From: Lingula anatina
Lineage: Eukaryota; Animalia; Brachiopoda
Length of the DNA: 64,000 nucleotides
Assembly (NCBI GenBank): GCA_051362555.1
Contig: CM120646.1
Span: 1,612,001-1,676,000 of the forward strand
Reading direction: 5' to 3'
Shown: positions 22,627-35,567 of the stretch, piece by piece
Numbering within the stretch: the first letter of the stretch is position 1
Layout: each line of letters starts with the position of its first letter
Notes under the pieces: generated by a model
Told to the model about the DNA's origin: nothing
What the model saw: only the letters and a program-made list of their open reading frames with translations
Databases searched by the model: none
Translations under genes and position numbers: made by a program

Positions 22627-25296
22627 ATATTAAAGTATGTGCACAGCTACATATATCACATGCTGAGAGGAAATTAAATGTAATGCATGAGATTATGCAA
22701 TAGGATGAGCACCTGGATACAAGAAATTACCTGTTAATACACCTTGAAGGGTGATAGCAGTAAAAGAAGGCAACTCCTATCTAAACTTAATTTGTGTGAA
22801 TTTATTCTTCGGCATCTATTGACAGAAGTAACAGTAATTGAAGTTGACAGCAGCTTGGTGAAATTGCAACTCTGTGTGAATGACCTTAATGCCGTGATGA
22901 CACATAATCTAATAGATGAGTTACACATTGGAAAATATCATTTTATTGTTGATTGATTTAAAAACAATCTAAATACTGGTGTGTGGGACAAAATTTTTAG
23001 GCGAGAGTGAGGGGCTAACCATTTAGTCATAATAAAAAAATTATGACAAGGGGAGACTAATCCCCCCCCCCCCCCCCCCCCACATACACACACACACTTC
23101 TTGTGCTATGTACTTGAAAAAGATGGGATTTGTTTTGGGGTGAAAGACTAAGCTTTTCTAGCCCCCTCCCTCTCTGAACTCCCAGCTATTACACTATATG
23201 TGAAATGTGAAAATGCCTTACACTTTATGTATGATGGAAGACAAGATTAATGTAAAATGAATGTGCGGTACAATATAGTCCTTTACTTGTGAATAGCAAT
23301 AAAGACGTCAAGCTGTGAGGTGACTTAAAGTGATGTAACCAGATATTTCACCTGTCTTGTGCTGTTAAAGTTATGCTGGTATACAAGATTTATAAGCTGA
23401 TTAAATCCAGACTTTATGTGCACAGGGGGCCTCAAATGTCAATACACACTTCTATTTCAGTGTCAAAGACATACGGAAAAATGCATTTTTTTGTCAGAGT
23501 AAAGCAAGTTGTGATGGACATTCATTACATGAAAAAGACCTACACCATGATTAAGATATTAAATTAATTTGCTACATTAGAGGTTTTTATTGAGACCACA
23601 GAAGCTTGATTTGCAATGAGAAATCTGAAAAATGTTAATGTCTTTTTGTTAGGTCTATTGACATCAAAAATAAAATGGATTCAGTGTTCTAAATGAGTGA
23701 ACAAGCTGTAGTTGTTACAAGGAAAAGGAACTGCTCTTCCTGATAAAGATCTGGAATATTTTTCAGTTAAATTTCACCCCTTTACTTTTACTCTGTTGAG
23801 TTTGAAGACATTTTCCAATATCTTGCAGAAAAGTTTACAATTATCTCATATTTTGTTCAGACATATAATTCCTTAGTTTTTAATTTTGTTTTACCAAGCA
23901 TGCATAAGATATGTATTTTATTAATGTTATGTGTCCTTTTTAAACTCCTTTTACATGAAATATATCATACACACTGAGTAGAGGGATAATCTATCTTTAT
24001 CCACATATTTTATTCATGTAAACCGCAATATTTACTGACATATTTTAAGGATTTATTTTGTCAGTGTTTACAAAAAAAAAAAAAAAAAAAAATTACTGAC
24101 ATGAGCTACAGCTGTTTTGCAAGACTTAGCATTATTTATAGGAGTTCACTTCTAACAGAACTGTGTTTTGGGATCTAATGCCCATCAATTCCGAATGTAT
24201 GAATTATTCATCCATGTTGCATATTTTCTGCATTACCTCATGAATATAATTTTCACTTTAAAATTCCTAATTTCTGTAAGTCACATAATGTGAACTGTGA
24301 ATTGTACCACAGTGGGCACAAACTTTCTGAACACCCTGTAGAAATATGGCTGACTACCTGGATATATACATGTTCCAGTCCAGTGGTTGGGACATAGAAA
24401 TTATACCAGTATATACTGGTACTCGGGACTATACCCTCTGTACACAGATGTCAGGAAAGATGAATGCGAATGTCTTATTAATCCAAAAATGAATTATTTA
24501 TATATTTTGTTGTAAATTAGTCTTTATAATTACTGATCTTTTTTTAATTCATTTATTTATAGACAATGCAAATTTATTTTGGAATGTAATCAGTTTTAAG
24601 CTGAAGTTTATCTGATAAGATATGGACAAGATAACACATATATTTATACCTGAAACAATGTATTTAGTAACAAGATTTAAATAGCTAAATATTTGAAAGT
24701 ATATCATATTTGTAATAAATTTTTTTTTCGAAAATAAACAATAAGTTACATGTTCATTTATTTATTGTGCCTTTTCCTCCTGTCATTTTGATATTCACAT
24801 TAAATGCTATATCGTACTGAATGACCCCAACCATATAAATTATCACTCCTCATGGCTGTTATGTATAAATGGATTCCCTTGGGTTATATCTATTTCTCAC
24901 CAGCACCAGGTGCATGTGTGATACTTTTTTTTACTCTGATCAGATGTCATCCCAAGCATAACCATAATAAAGCTATAAAACATAACCTATATAATGTCAT
25001 AAAGGGATTCAGCTTTCCAGTTGACCTCTTCTGACTTGTGAATGCTTGGGAACAGGATTAAATGTTTAATTACTATGGTTGCCAATTTTGGTTCAATTTT
25101 CAAAGTTTATAAAAACGTAGTTTTTCTTGCTATTAACTATACAATCACACTTGAAATGGAAAAATAGGTGGGTAAAAATTCATAGAAATTAATTTGTGCA
25201 TATCAGTTGTTGGGTTTGGAAATGGTCTCTTTAAAATTAATCTATTGGATGCATTTTCTTGTATAGGACACACATGCAGTTTTTTTTTTAAACTTA

Positions 25297-25541
25297 GGCT
25301 TCGTTCACATGCAATGTCTATTTTCTATTTTCTATTTTCGGTATGTCTTATGATCACGGTCTGTGCACTGAATATCCCGCGGCGTAATTACTGGCAGCGC
25401 GAGACAGTTACTATAAGTTACTATAAGTAACTGGCTCGCGCTGCCAGTAATTACGCGGCGGGATATTCAGTGCACAGACCGTGATCATAAGACATACCGA
25501 AAATAGAAAATAGAAAATAGACATTGCATGTGAACGAAGCC
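25297..25541. mobile_element. PIF/Harbinger-type palindromic MITE (245 bp)
   Basis: 116-bp arms with 2 mismatches and a 13-nt loop; termini GGCTTCGTTCACA; TSD TTA at 25294-25296 and 25542-25544. Confidence 0.92.
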
Positions 25542-25960
25542 TTATTCTTCTTTGCATCAAAATGAACAAAGGGCAATATATTATTTATACATCAACAAAG
25601 TTCAAGTCTTGTTGTTTGCAGATCATGATATTTTTTCATTGCCCTTTTGATAGCCATACAGATGGACAGTCTTTCTATGTCTCATGCTGCAGAAAAATAA
25701 AATAGGCAAAAGCACTGCAGAATTACCTTTTGTTCTTACACCCAGTATCTTGAATGTACACTGTACTAACATTTTCATATTTCTATTTTTAAATTTTAAA
25801 GATTAATGCTTCATAATGATTCTTTTGTGGTTTTTGGTTTCAACTGATCTCTCTAACAATTAAATTTTAATGATGAGGAATTGTCTGTCAACAGACACTG
25901 ACCATGATAATTACATACAGTACATATCTGTTATGTGCAAGCAGAAATCAGACAGACTAG

Positions 25961-26165
25961 GGGTGGGTTCAGAACAAGTTGAGTCATGTACTAACATATC
26001 TGTAGATCAAATATGTCCTATTCACTTGAAAGCTTGCTGCATAATACCCTAATAGATACTGAATAGATTCCCTGCAGGGATTATGTGACAAGCTTTCAAG
26101 TGGGTCGGCCATATTTGATCAGTGGATCTGTTAGTCCCTGGAGCAACTGGTTGTGAATGTGACCC
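25961..26165. mobile_element. Old long-TIR MITE (Harbinger-like), family shared with 37164-37329
   Basis: About 90-bp degenerate inverted arms (GATCAAATATG..CACTTGAAAGCTTG / CAAGCTTTCAAGTG..CATATTTGATC); TAG flanks both ends. Confidence 0.7.
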
Positions 26166-29100
26166 TAGTCCCCAGTCAGGGTCAGACAGAGGTCACAATA
26201 CAGCAATTAATTATATCAATGATATCATCTCTCAGACAATATTGATATCATCTTATTGCCAGCCACAGCAGATGACCTCCTAGATCAGTACACCACGGTC
26301 AGCTGGTACGTGGACGCATTAAATGTTTTATGCATCCAAGGCGAGCACAGGCAGGAGAGAGGAACAGTCACTACATCCAGGTTACTATACTGACTTTAGG
26401 CATGGTCAGAGTTGGACATTATTATTTCATTTTGTTAGGAGGTAAATGGAACTTCTTTATGTATTTTATTTTATTTTATTGTATTATTATTATTATTATT
26501 ATTATTTTAGATAAATAGGACATTTAAATGTACTTAGAGAGGTTTTACAAGAAGATGGAGGATACATTTCTGAAGCATTTATTTGAGATGCATCTTAAAG
26601 TCCTTTTCACTATAAAGACAATATCTGACACTTTAATAATTTAATAATTAACTTAGTGTCAGTGATGGCCAGCTGCCTTAATGGGGATTGGATGTTGTCT
26701 GTGGGATATCTACTTTCCTCAAAGCAACATCAATCTTAAATATTCCACAGTACATTTATTCTGCAGGTATACATTATCCTGTTATTACCAGCCACTCTAG
26801 TATGTTCAAAGCACACTGGTTTTTGTTTCATAAAAAACACAAGTAATGATCCACAAATATTATATATTTATCATTATGACATATATTCCATAAAAATCAT
26901 CAGTTACAAATACATGTAATTTTAATATTTGACCTCTTTTTGAACTCATTAACTGAGACAAATAATCAATAATAAATGGGTGCCAGAACATCATCTGCAC
27001 CTTAGACTCAGTGCTTGTCAGCCTAAGAGATAACTCAAAAATTAATATACAGATATGAAAAACATCCAAAACATCCTCGTGCTATTATCGATTTTTGAAA
27101 CAGCGACTAAGATATGATGTATCTGAGATAATTCCAAAAAATTTTTTCATATAATTATTTATATTTTCAGATTAACTTTGTGAGATGCGAAAGAAGTTAA
27201 CTAATAAGAATGTAAGAGATTGGCACCAGGACAAAAATATTCAGATCTAGTAAACCAATTAACTTGCATCAATTTTGAAGGAATGTCTTATCAGCCAAAA
27301 GGGAGGTTTTCATCCTGCTTGTCCTATAAAATGACAGTGCTGTGACAGTTGACAGACACTGCCATTGATGGCCAGGTGGTAATCTGTGACAGGTGGGGTG
27401 ACAGACAGTATAAGGTGACAGGTAGATGTGTCAACAGGTGTATGTGCTATCATACTGGGTGTTATACTCTGTGCTTTATCATTCCTCTCTTACAGATTAT
27501 CATTTTAGCATTGACAGTGGGGTCTGCTAATTTTTTATCATTCCAAAAATAAAATAAACAAGTACAAAATAAGTAAAATGGGGGAGGGGGCACATTTGAA
27601 ATTTGCCTTTTTGTTTTTATCTCAGACTCTTTGAAGTTTCTCAATGGATTTTTTGCTGACGTGATGGTGGCAGGGGTTTGTTATAGAGTGACAAGGAAGA
27701 GCTGACAAATGGTTATCAGAACAAGTTTTTTTGCTGGTAAAAAGTTAACATTTCTAAAGATTCTATACATGTTTTTACCTAACAGGCATTGCATTTTGAC
27801 CTTTTTTTATCAAAGATATTTGTTCACTTGACTGATTTGTCTGTGTAACTCTGAAAAACCCTCTTTTGCTTACTTTTTTCTAAGAAATATCATATTTCAG
27901 CAGCCGAGAGAAAAACCCAGACTGCGTTTGTTAGTTATATAAAATGGTGCCGATAAATATTTTTAATTCATATAATTTTTTTCTGAATCATATACATACA
28001 TCTTGCAAAATTGGATCTGACATGATTAAAAGATATCTCTGTACAAAGGAAGAAAAAACGTGATTGTCAAATACATCAAAATTTTGTCCTAAATCCAAAC
28101 AAATGCCATGATGTGATTGCCCCCTCTTCTTATCCAAACTGAACCCTCCATTGTCCAAAATCAGTTACGTGACTTTTTAACCACTTGTGTCTGTGTAAGT
28201 CCCATTTTCCCATTTAGCATTGTTTGTTATACTTTATTATTTTACCAGTCAAATAATAATGCATTATTTACAGTGTACAGCTTTGTCTACAAGAGATGTG
28301 TGTGCTGATCAATTTCTTTTTTAAAAGGCCAAATTTACAAATGGAATCTTACTTTTAGAAAACAATTCACATTTTCTGAAAAGCAATATGAATTACGTTC
28401 ACATTAACTCCACAGTGAAGATTAGCTGTGGCAATATATATGAAACCCCCTGTACAACACAGACAAACTCATGTATTGTTTCATGTATATCCAGTCCTAA
28501 TTAATGCAGAAAACCTAAGAGAAAGAGACATATACAGTATGTACTGTATGTCTTCAACAAACTATTCAATAGCAAAGATCCAAAACTATTTTGATAACTT
28601 CACAGGGGGGAATTTATCTGCAGTTTGTGCCTGAATTCCTCCCCGATACCTATCCAATACAAACAGAGGTCCACTTATCACCCTTGTGTAGAAATTAATT
28701 ACTGCTAACTCTGCAATCAATTGTTTGCCTGGTTTCAGTGGTGTTTGAAGCTTAAGAGGAAACTGATGGTTGTCGTGGCAAGAGTGGGGAAGTTTGGAAT
28801 TTCGGGGCACTACTGTAACTGATACAAGGAGGTTGGATATTGTGGACAGGTTGCAAGGTGTTGCAGTTATCAGAAAAAGCAAACAAGGTTGCTCCAATGG
28901 GGACCTCAATATTAAAAAACATTCTGCTGTACCTGCTTTTGCTTTTAAATTTTCGTAATGCAATTTCCCTATTGTTGTGATCTTGTTTAAATTGCCCTTT
29001 AAATTATTTGGTGACTATCATTTAAATATTTAAAAGTGACAGTGAAAATTTTAAGCCATTTCAAGCCATTTGGTTTAATTGTCGTTGTAGTGTACAGTAT

Positions 29101-30665
29101 GTTCCATGGAAACTGATTATGATCAATTCTTCGGAGCGCTTTAGATACCGTACCTCCAATTTTTCCAAGCTTTAGACAATTCTATTTTTGTGGGGAAAAT
29201 CATGTGTGAATTTCTGAAACACCTTTTATAATTGGCCGACTTCCATTTCTCTTTAGAATGTGGGCATATTAGCTTGTTGCTATGGAGGCAAAATTAAACA
29301 ACAAATATTGCTTTCCGAGCTTTTGCAGAGAAAGATCAAGGTACAGCGAACAAACACATTAATATGCAATAATTAATGCCTTCAATATTTTCTCCTATGG
29401 CTCTAAGTTGGATTTGCCATGGTGTCTAAATGCTTTGGATAATTGTTACTTTTAATGTTTTATTTCATTTATCTATTTCTTGCTTTCTTTTTTTTGTAAT
29501 AAGCCCTGTGCTTTCAGCCATACAAAGTGGTATTTGGTTTTCTAAACGAACCGTTAAACGTTGTCATTGTTCTATTGTTATAATCTACCTATATTTACAT
29601 GTTACCCATTGCTGCTTCCAGACCATCTGCAAATGACACAAGTACACAACGTCCAAGCACAGTGACATAATAATTTAAGGAAGATATGCACACAGAGAAG
29701 GAGATATGTACACCACCATGTGTTTTCAGTCAAGTTGTACTAGCCAACACGTGGATCTCATCCAGCACAGGTCATGTAGGGTAACAAATCTGATTGCCCT
29801 GATGGCCAATTTGGATGACCTTATTGCAATCTGGTGGCTTATTGAGATGGTTTGTGACAACATTGGTGGGTTTTTCTTTCTGGAAGCATGACAAAAACTC
29901 ACAGGTATGTCATAACCTGATGCAAACCTGACGTTAACCTCAAGAACCAGGTGAAACATGCCACAAAACCCATGGCAACTAATGCCATGAATAAGGTGCA
30001 ACATGACATAAACCTGGTGGCAAAAGCAAGAACCAGGCGCAGAATGACATAAACCTCATGGAATTGTCAAGAACCGGAAGTAAACCTACAACTGCCAGTT
30101 ATTTGATATTAATTGTGCACCAAGCTTGTTGAAAGAAAGGACACCTGGAAATGGGAACTCTGAAGTTCATGGTAATAAACACTTCAAACAGATTGATAAA
30201 AAATTGACCAAGCTAATCAAAGATTAGCCAAAGGAAGGCTCAATGGCTTTAAAATACCTGTTGCCAAATAATACATACTTTACAGGGTATGTCTGCTATG
30301 TAAAGATTTATCAAAAGCACTGGACACAGGAAGGCTTTGCCTTTGTCAAGTTGCCAATGACCAAATAACATTTCCTTTGACACTGTGTATACAGAAAGAA
30401 GTGGAATTTTGTGCCTGTATTGGTCACCCCCGGCTTAGCAGCTGGCTCTTCTGTTGACATACGGGTGTTTTATTTCTAGACAGCGTTTACACCATTGAAA
30501 TTGGTATGACTTAATATATCTTTGAATGTTGTGTTCCAGACGGACATCCAAGGATTCAGTGTTTTAATGTTTTAATGTTTTGAAGCAATATGAGAATAGT
30601 GACAGCAAACAAACGGAATTCTTGTATCAGTAGATGACAGTTACCACAACTTTTGCGCTGTCATT

Positions 30666-30700
30666 TGTATTGTATTGTGTTGTATTGTATTGTATTGTAT
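30666..30700. repeat. (TGTAT)n pentanucleotide repeat
   Basis: Direct reading. Confidence 0.9.
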
Positions 30701-30821
30701 TTTAAATCATGTCGTAGTTTATTGTTTTAGGTACATTTCTTATTTCACGAAAAAGTATAGTAAATTCTATATTATTCTGTTATATTACACTAAGTTATAT
30801 AAGTGATGAAACGTTATTAAT

Positions 30822-30982
30822 CAGGGCCGTAGCCTGAGCAAAATGCCAGGGGGGGGGGCAGTAAGCGGACACAAGGGGGCGAAGCCCCTGAGGGGGAGGG
30901 GGTGTCCCCCTACCAGTGTGGAAAATTCTAAATCCCAGGGGGGGCAGCTGCCCCCCCTGCCCCCCCGGAGGCTACGGCCCTG
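30822..30982. mobile_element. GC-rich hAT-like MITE
   Basis: TIRs CAGGGCCGTAGCC / GGCTACGGCCCTG; internal G/C runs; flanks TTATTAAT and TTAATCAT (imperfect 8-bp TSD). Confidence 0.8.
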
Positions 30983-31068
30983 TTAATCATTTATGATGTA
31001 AAATCGCCTTGCGAATTCAACAACGTCATTTCAACTTAATACAAAATATATTTTAAAGTCAGTCTTAC

Positions 31069-31098
31069 CGATTGTTCTAGCACCCACAGCCGTAACGT
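31069..31098 (-). CDS. 30-nt symmetric phase 1-1 microexon, (N/D)VTAVGARTI
   Basis: Minus strand has a long T-rich tract, then ...TTTTTGAATCAG|ACGTTACGGCTGTGGGTGCTAGAACAATCG|GTAAGA; open in frame with both upstream candidate first exons. Confidence 0.65.
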
Positions 31099-32675
31099 CT
31101 GATTCAAAAAGATATAATAAAAAACAAATAAAACAAATAGCAAAGAGACTAAGATAACCTGTATCTGAACGAATTCAAATAGTATACATACCACGAATTA
31201 CCTGCTATCATGACTAAATAGCCAAATTAAGCACCGTATTTATACATTCCTCCCCAAATCTCTAGAATGTGTTACATCTAAATATTGACAGAGAGCCGTG
31301 GTAGAGTAGCAATGGAGAACAGTTTGCCAAGGATTAAGGCGGATTAGACCATTGTTGACCGCATGGACTGGATGGATGACCGGTTATCTATTGGGTTGGC
31401 CCAATTCAACAAAGCTCTCACAAACGGGACGGACTCTATGTGCATGTGAAAGAAATATGTCTGTATTATCCGAGATTTTCTGAATTTTGGAACCAGTTTT
31501 CTGAACCAGTTCCTGCCCAAAATAGCGAAAATTTGTCTAAAATTGACCCCAAATGTTCAGGAGCATGAATCACCAAAGTCGTGTTTTCATTCACGTTTTT
31601 CCTTATATTAGAATTCTTAAATAAAAACGTGACAAGTTTGGAACTGAGAATGACTCACCAAACAAACAAAATTTTCTGACACCTCCAATTCTAATAAAAT
31701 AATCCTCGCGTTATACGATTTTTTCACGTTCATAACTACTTCTGTATTTACAAACTTTTTTTTACCACGTACTACGTTGATCTAAACATCCATTAATTGA
31801 TTTGAGGACTGTATTTTGCAAGTTAATTTGAGCAAAGCGGTGTAGTTATTTAAAACAACCTTTTTACTGTTGGTAAATACAATGGGTATTGTTGTTACAA
31901 TTGGTCCATGTGCGCCAATCAATGGCCCACTTCCCGTTCTTTCTGAATTGCAATGATTTTCCTCTGGTATTTGATGATTGACTAAATAAAATAGCTGTGT
32001 GGAACAACATAAGGATTCTTTGCCATACTTTCTAGGTGTTGACTTTTGATCTAATTGAAGATGCACAATAACAAGGGCAAATATGTTCGCATAACTGCAC
32101 GTTCCAGTTCTAATAATGGTTAACTAGGAAGGAAAACGCTCTGGGGCAGTGCAGGATGACCTCGCGACGTCATTTCTCAATTTCGTCCCTAGAGATATTT
32201 TGTAAACTGATGGATCACTGACCCATACCCATCGGGACGAGCTCGGTGTCCAAAAGTGCGGCAATGAACTGTAATTACAAGACTAAATGTCCTGACTGGG
32301 AAATATTACTTTTTTTCAGAGGTAAAATGGTTAGGCATCCAAAGTCTCAGATTAATCCTTTTCTATCTCTTTTTAATTTGTGGTTATGAATGTGGTATGA
32401 AATAAACTTTCCTTTGGGGGGGGGGGGGGGGGGGGGGGGCTCATGAGATGCATCTTTATAGGACCAAGAGGAAGGTATAGGAATGCTGATTTGAACATCG
32501 ATTCGGAATCCATGTCTTTTGGTCCACTTAAAGTGTGTTTCCCTTTTTATGCGTGTGTAGAAGCTAGAGGTCATATTTTGTTGACTAATTGCACATTTTG
32601 TACTATACTGGTCATCATTGAAAATGAAACGCCCGCTTAATGCATCGATCTCCGGACTGACAGCAAGAACATTAC

Positions 32676-32817
32676 CTGTATTTTGCAGTATCCGCTTTTC
32701 CTTCCCACAACTAAATGAACTTTTAGCTCTGCACGTTGTCATAAACTTGCCGAGAAACCCCGAGTCGCCAATCGAATGACCGTACATATCTTCAGCAGTA
32801 TTCTCTCTTTGCATCAT
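32676..32817 (-). CDS. Candidate alternative first coding exon MMQRENTAEDMYGHSIGDSGFLGKFMTTCRAKSSFSCGKEKRILQNT, phase 1
   Basis: 47 codons + 1 nt ending CAG|GTAATG; CpG-rich context; the rest of the 156-aa ORF runs into a G-tract and is probably intron. Confidence 0.5.
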
Positions 32818-35382
32818 GTCGATGAAGTCAAGAGCGGGGGAGGGGGTCTTTTTATCGATTTTGCTTCAATTTCGTCTCGCAGCAACAGCGTCCGTAATCT
32901 TATTTAAGAGCGCCAAATGTCAGGTCCGGCAATGGTTTGTAATGTGCCAATGAATGGCGCTGTTAAAGAATGTATGTAGGGTATTCAGTTTGGGGTCTTT
33001 TAAAAATCTTGATCGCTGATGTCGCATTTAGTTTTTCTGTGATGAGACAAAAAATGAGCATAGTAGTTGTTGTAAGGTGAAGAGTTTTGGAAGAGCGGGG
33101 GGGGGGGGGGGGGAGGGAGGGGAGTGAAGGGAGCTCGAGGGGTTAGGAGATATCACGTATTCTATTTCAGATGTGGTAGACGAGTCAACAAAACAGACTT
33201 TGATCAGAAAAAAATATATGTATAAAACAGTTTTCTAATGAACAAAATGTAGCTTTCAATTTTGCAAAGTAAGCATGATAAAGACCATGCGCCACTACTC
33301 CTGTTAAGAATCCAACGCAACTCTTTTTAATTCTGACCCAGAACGACACGAGGCATTGTCGTCAGTTATCTTTGATGTTCAGGATTCTCTGCGCCAAACG
33401 ACGCTTACTTCATCCAACTACAGAGCCATATAAAGAAATTCCATCGATTGTCAAAACTACAAATGTTCCGTCTCTGAAGAAACAGACGTGACTTGGCAAA
33501 ACTACATTTCATGAAAAGCCAGGCCAAGCTATAAAAATAAATTGATTTCGGTACGTGTCAGAAAGGTTCCCTTAATAGAAAAGAAGATGGTTTTGTTCTT
33601 CAAAATATTTATCGCTAAACCGTGACTGGCTTTGGGTCTTCCCCGACAGGCCGTGACTACGTGTTTATAGTATTTGCGGTATTAAAATAGGATTTCTTTT
33701 CTCTGCATCCATTTAGGAGAGCTGAAGCGCGACTTTACACCTGTGTATATTTGCACATCAAATAGTTTTAAGCTTGGCGAAATGCCTTTCTTGAGTAATG
33801 ACCAGTTACGGGGGAGCTCCTAATTTTAGCGACGTAATTGACTCCGGAACGTAATGAGAAAAATGTAGTTGACCCCAACGAATTAACTAAGAATAAATCC
33901 GGAAGGGTTAGGGGACGGTTCAGCGTTAAATCAACTTGTCCAAGAACTATTCTGAGAGGTTACGATTAACGTTTTACGGGAAAGCGGCGTTTTACACTGA
34001 GCACAGTTTGCCTTACACTGGTCTCTCACCTTGCGTGTCACACGTACACATTGCGAACACGCTCTACCTGTATTCCTCATTGTACCAGTACAGTTGCCAA
34101 TGTGTGCTTGTTTTACTAAGCAAATATTGAACAACCACCAAAATATGTCCATTTTTTCTCTGACTCCAGTTTCTTTGTCCGTCCCTTTGAGTCGAGCGTA
34201 TTTGCTCAGTGCTGCAGTGTCAATATTTCTGTTTTTATTCCACTTGTGTAGCGTAGTGACATATAAAATATTATGAGCAGTGTTGTTTGTAAGGCCTAAT
34301 ATGGCAGAGTGTACGTCTTGGGGTGAAGGGGGGTGGAAGGGGCGTACGTGGGTGCGGTTGGAATGGTGCTCATGAGAGAAGCGATTGTGAAATGCGATAG
34401 TTGTGACGTGTTGTAGGTCTAATGCTCGGCTTGTGTGGGGTTCTAGTAACGATTTGAGACGTATTATTTCTACAGCAGAGTAAATGCACAAAGCACTTAT
34501 AACATATCCACATTAGGTTTATTTTCAAGCGACCTTTCACCATTCTGAAAGCCTTTTCAAGTCGGACATTAACACCCCTTTGCTTCTACCGCTATTTATT
34601 TCTTGAAAAATTACGTATTATTCTTTATACAAACTGTCATATTTTTCAATTAAATAATTCGGTAAATGGTAACTCTACCTAAACTGTTTACAGTGGATTT
34701 GAAAATCCTTTTGGGCCATGTTTTGTTTTTACCTATTAAACAACTCCAAGCCTAAACCCGTTTTGTCCCAAAGTGCCGCTAAGGGACATCCAGGGTCAGA
34801 GGTCATACCCCGGGTGCGCACGTGCTGACCTAGGAGGAGTCACGGGGTCTCAGAGGTCAAACCCGACGTCATTTAACGAGAAATTAATTTCTAATCGGTC
34901 TTTGATTTGCCGAACGTGGTCAAAAAAGGCAAAACATTTTGGGACTTTCTATCCACTCAACGAGGGTGTCCTTTGAGTTCAGTAAAATAGCATTTGCGTT
35001 CGTTGATTTTGAATGGATAGTTTTTTTACCAAACCTTTTTTCCAAGTAAACCTAGCTTAGCTATTTCTTCTATAATTGTATTGTTTTGTTATATATGCAT
35101 ATATTGAAATGTACAAGTGCTCAATAAATTCATTAAAAAAGAAATAATATTAAATTCATTAGGCCTATCAACTTGTCTGACTCGTGCCTACAGAAAAGTG
35201 TGGCCCTCACACGGAGCAACTGTATAGCGACATGCTAACTGACGAAAATATATTTAATTTTACTTTAATTTTTCTTTATATATCTTTGTACCCACGGTAA
35301 TTTATGATAGCATCACTACTAAGGTATGATCATGATTGAATTCCACTAAAAAAGTTATATAATCATAAAGGGCGAGAGAGAG

Positions 35383-35532
35383 AAGGACCGTTGCCAGCAA
35401 TTTCAAGCTAGGGGGTGTCTTTTTCTGAAAAGATGGACCCTTTAACATGAAATAATCATGTACCAGAAGCGGACTTTTTCCCGGAAAAGGGCAGTTTGTG
35501 CTAACTCCCCGAACCCACCTGTCTACGGGCCT

Positions 35533-35533
<1 letters not shown>
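35383..35533. mobile_element. Degenerate hAT-like MITE inserted in a GA microsatellite
   Basis: Ends AAGGACCGTTGCCAG / CTGTCTACGGGCCTG (11/15 inverted match); GA repeats on both sides. Confidence 0.45.

Positions 35534-35567
<34 letters not shown>

Noticed and set aside
24318-24340. Mariner-like terminus (TACAGGGTGTTCAGAAAG on minus)
   Set aside because: No matching second TIR or transposase remnant found
33931-34491. 186-aa minus-strand ORF
   Set aside because: GTG start, no domain similarity and no convincing splice signals
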